NCBI GenBank assembly: GCA_035312505.1
Contig: DATGBT010000022.1
Location: forward strand, 1-38,269
From: Balneolaceae bacterium
GTDB taxonomy: Bacteria; Bacteroidota; Rhodothermia; Balneolales; Balneolaceae
Reading direction: 5' to 3'
DNA length: 38,269 nucleotides
The notes under the pieces were generated by a model, which ran no database searches, had not been told where the DNA came from, and saw nothing but the letters and a program-made list of their open reading frames with translations. Positions 36,625 through 38,269 of this stretch are shown one piece after another; the stretch's first letter is position 1; every line of letters starts with the position of its first letter. The translations under genes were made by a program, and so were the position numbers.

Positions 36625-38269
36625 TTATTTGTAATGGCTGGCTGATTCCAGCGATTTTAAATATTCAATAAGGTCATTCAGCTGATTCTTGGTCATATCA
36701 TTTGCAACTCCATGTTCATCATGGTCGTTATATACGGTCCAGAGCTCTTCCAGCGTCTCGGCTGAACCGTCGTGCAGATAAGGCGCAGACTCATATATAT
36801 TGTTCAGGTTTGGCGAATCGAACGTCATACCGGGGCTGTCGTGCTTTTTGGCAGTTCCCACATCGGCGTTTTCCCTGTTGGTAAAGTTTGGCGGCGGATG
36901 GCACGTAACGCACTGGTTGGCAATCGGAATTGCTCTGCCGTCGTTGGTTGTGGTTCTGTAAAAAATTTTACGCCCCCTTTCCTGGGCTTCTGTTAATTCA
37001 CCATCTGACCGCCGGAAACGGTTAGGCGGATGCTTAAGCTGTGTGAGAATATACGTTGTGAGGTTTGTAAGCTCTTCCGGCGAATAGGATTCAGTCCGCG
37101 TTACAAATTTTGAAAATCGCATTCCATCCTGCATATATACACTCACATTATGGCCATTCCATTTAAAGGGGGAGGTTTTGGGAAGCTCCCTCAAAGTTTG
37201 AACATTGTTCATGTCAACTCCCGGTTTCAAAGCCATATCGTAGGTAAGTCCATCTTCATGGCCATCGGGATGGCAGGTATAGCAGCTATACTGCAGCTGG
37301 AAGGTTCCTCCGGCGTTGTAAAAAAGTCGCTGCCCATGTCTGATCGGCGTATCCTGGTTGGCCTCACTCAGGACGATGGAAGAGCCATTAGCAAGTGTGT
37401 TCATATCCACAATACCGATCTTGTCACTTAAAAATTCGGCGTAGTAGAGCTTAGATCCGTCAGGAGAAAAAGCCATTCCTTTTGGAGCCGCACCGGTTTC
37501 AATTCGCTTGATGACAAATCGTTGGCTTATCCCCAGGTCATTCTCCGGGAAAAGAATCTCACCGTTTTTTATCTCCTCCAAAACCACCCGTAGCTTATCC
37601 ATATCGATGACGCTTAAAAAATTGGCACCGGTATGCGAAACAACTGCGTAGTTTCCATCCGGGGAAATCTCAACATCAAAAGGGTCTGCATAAAACTTGT
37701 TGGGTTCATCGAGCAAAAGCTGGGTGATATTTCCCGTCGATGCTTCATACACCCCAATTCCATGATTAATCATCCAGCCGTTTTCGATCTGTGCGGCCGG
37801 AACCAGGTTTTTGGGCCGGATCAGAGTAAACAGAGCATACTCTCCATCTGGCGAGTAAGATACATTCTCCATGATGTGTGCCGAAACAATCTCTTTTCGC
37901 TCGGTTAGCCGCTGGCGTTCAGTGTTTATAAACATCACCTCTACCTTCGGAGGCGTTCTGTACTCCACGGGTATGGTCCGCCGGCTTAACACCATCAGCG
38001 ATTCTCCATCGGGCGAAAGGGCAGCCCCTGTGGGATTATTGCCAACCGGTAGCCTTCGGACCTCTTTTCCTGAGTTCAGATTCACAATTGAGACGTCTGA
38101 AGTAAACGTGTTAACGGCGTAGAGAAAGGCCTGATCTTTGCTCAGCTGTAGACCAGAGGGGCCGGCTCCCGTTTCATAGGTATTTACAATATTGCCGGCG
38201 GGGACCTCGATTTCCATGACGTTATTATCCCACTGGTTGGATACGTATGCGATAGTTCCGGCATCGTTT
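36625..38269 (-). CDS. YVTN beta-propeller fused to a di-haem cytochrome c (CcP/MauG superfamily) domain, HzsB-HzsC-like; 5' end outside the window
   Basis: The frame stays open to the window edge (NDAGTIAYVSNQWDNNV precedes the ORF-track Met). YVTN repeats, CYTCH (37270-37284), CVTCH (36898-36912), FDSPNL..IYESAPYLHDGSA.TL, L..YLKSL. Confidence 0.88.
   Translation of the reverse strand, partial: NDAGTIAYVSNQWDNNVMEIEVPAGNIVNTYETGAGPSGLQLSKDQAFLYAVNTFTSDVSIVNLNSGKEVRRLPVGNNPTGAALSPDGESLMVLSRRTIPVEYRTPPKVEVMFINTERQRLTERKEIVSAHIMENVSYSPDGEYALFTLIRPKNLVPAAQIENGWMINHGIGVYEASTGNITQLLLDEPNKFYADPFDVEISPDGNYAVVSHTGANFLSVIDMDKLRVVLEEIKNGEILFPENDLGISQRFVIKRIETGAAPKGMAFSPDGSKLYYAEFLSDKIGIVDMNTLANGSSIVLSEANQDTPIRHGQRLFYNAGGTFQLQYSCYTCHPDGHEDGLTYDMALKPGVDMNNVQTLRELPKTSPFKWNGHNVSVYMQDGMRFSKFVTRTESYSPEELTNLTTYILTQLKHPPNRFRRSDGELTEAQERGRKIFYRTTTNDGRAIPIANQCVTCHPPPNFTNRENADVGTAKKHDSPGMTFDSPNLNNIYESAPYLHDGSAETLEELWTVYNDHDEHGVANDMTKNQLNDLIEYLKSLESASHYK

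Noticed and set aside
36625-38269. Evidence that this organism performs anammox
   Set aside because: No HzsA, hydrazine dehydrogenase or HAO-like genes are in the window, the haem-1 pocket differs, and the surrounding genes indicate a sugar- and peptide-using heterotroph.
1-38269. The many 60-205 aa alternative-frame and antisense ORFs in the track (e.g. 27051-27668, 30812-31315, 5666-6136)
   Set aside because: They lie inside well-supported genes and have no recognisable motifs, so they are treated as shadow ORFs.
1-38269. CRISPR arrays, tRNA/rRNA genes, IS elements, integrases, known anti-phage systems
   Set aside because: No regularly spaced repeats, cloverleaf/rRNA signatures or transposase/recombinase motifs were seen by eye. 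Short ncRNAs could have been missed without covariance-model searches.

Overview
This is bacterial chromosomal DNA. Gene content and style suggest the FCB group, probably a Balneolaceae/Rhodothermota-like heterotroph (inference). A core backbone (clpB, pckA, M29 aminopeptidase, acyl-CoA carboxylase beta subunit, rarA, an OmpR-type two-component pair, M1 peptidase) is interrupted by accessory blocks. (1) A ~7.5 kb integrase-less cassette (TPR-TM-LuxR regulator, cupin, covalent-FAD oxidase, Ig-like lipoprotein, two OsmC proteins, a small 4-TM protein, a SAM methyltransferase) lies between the intact clpB 3' end and a decayed ~215 bp copy of it. (2) A small fructan/sugar locus encodes GH32, a sugar porter and DUF1080. 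(3) A Xre/RES toxin-antitoxin pair follows. (4) At the right edge is the 3' part of a minus-strand operon. Its first visible gene fuses a YVTN beta-propeller to a di-haem c domain that closely resembles a hydrazine synthase beta-gamma (HzsB-HzsC) fusion. It is followed by a stand-alone Reg_prop propeller, a FkbO/Hyg5-like Rid protein and two permease-less periplasmic binding proteins. Block 4 is the best candidate for an undescribed system, and block 1 is the second. No rRNA, tRNA, CRISPR array, transposase or integrase was seen. All family assignments come from motifs read by eye and recalled family knowledge, not database searches.
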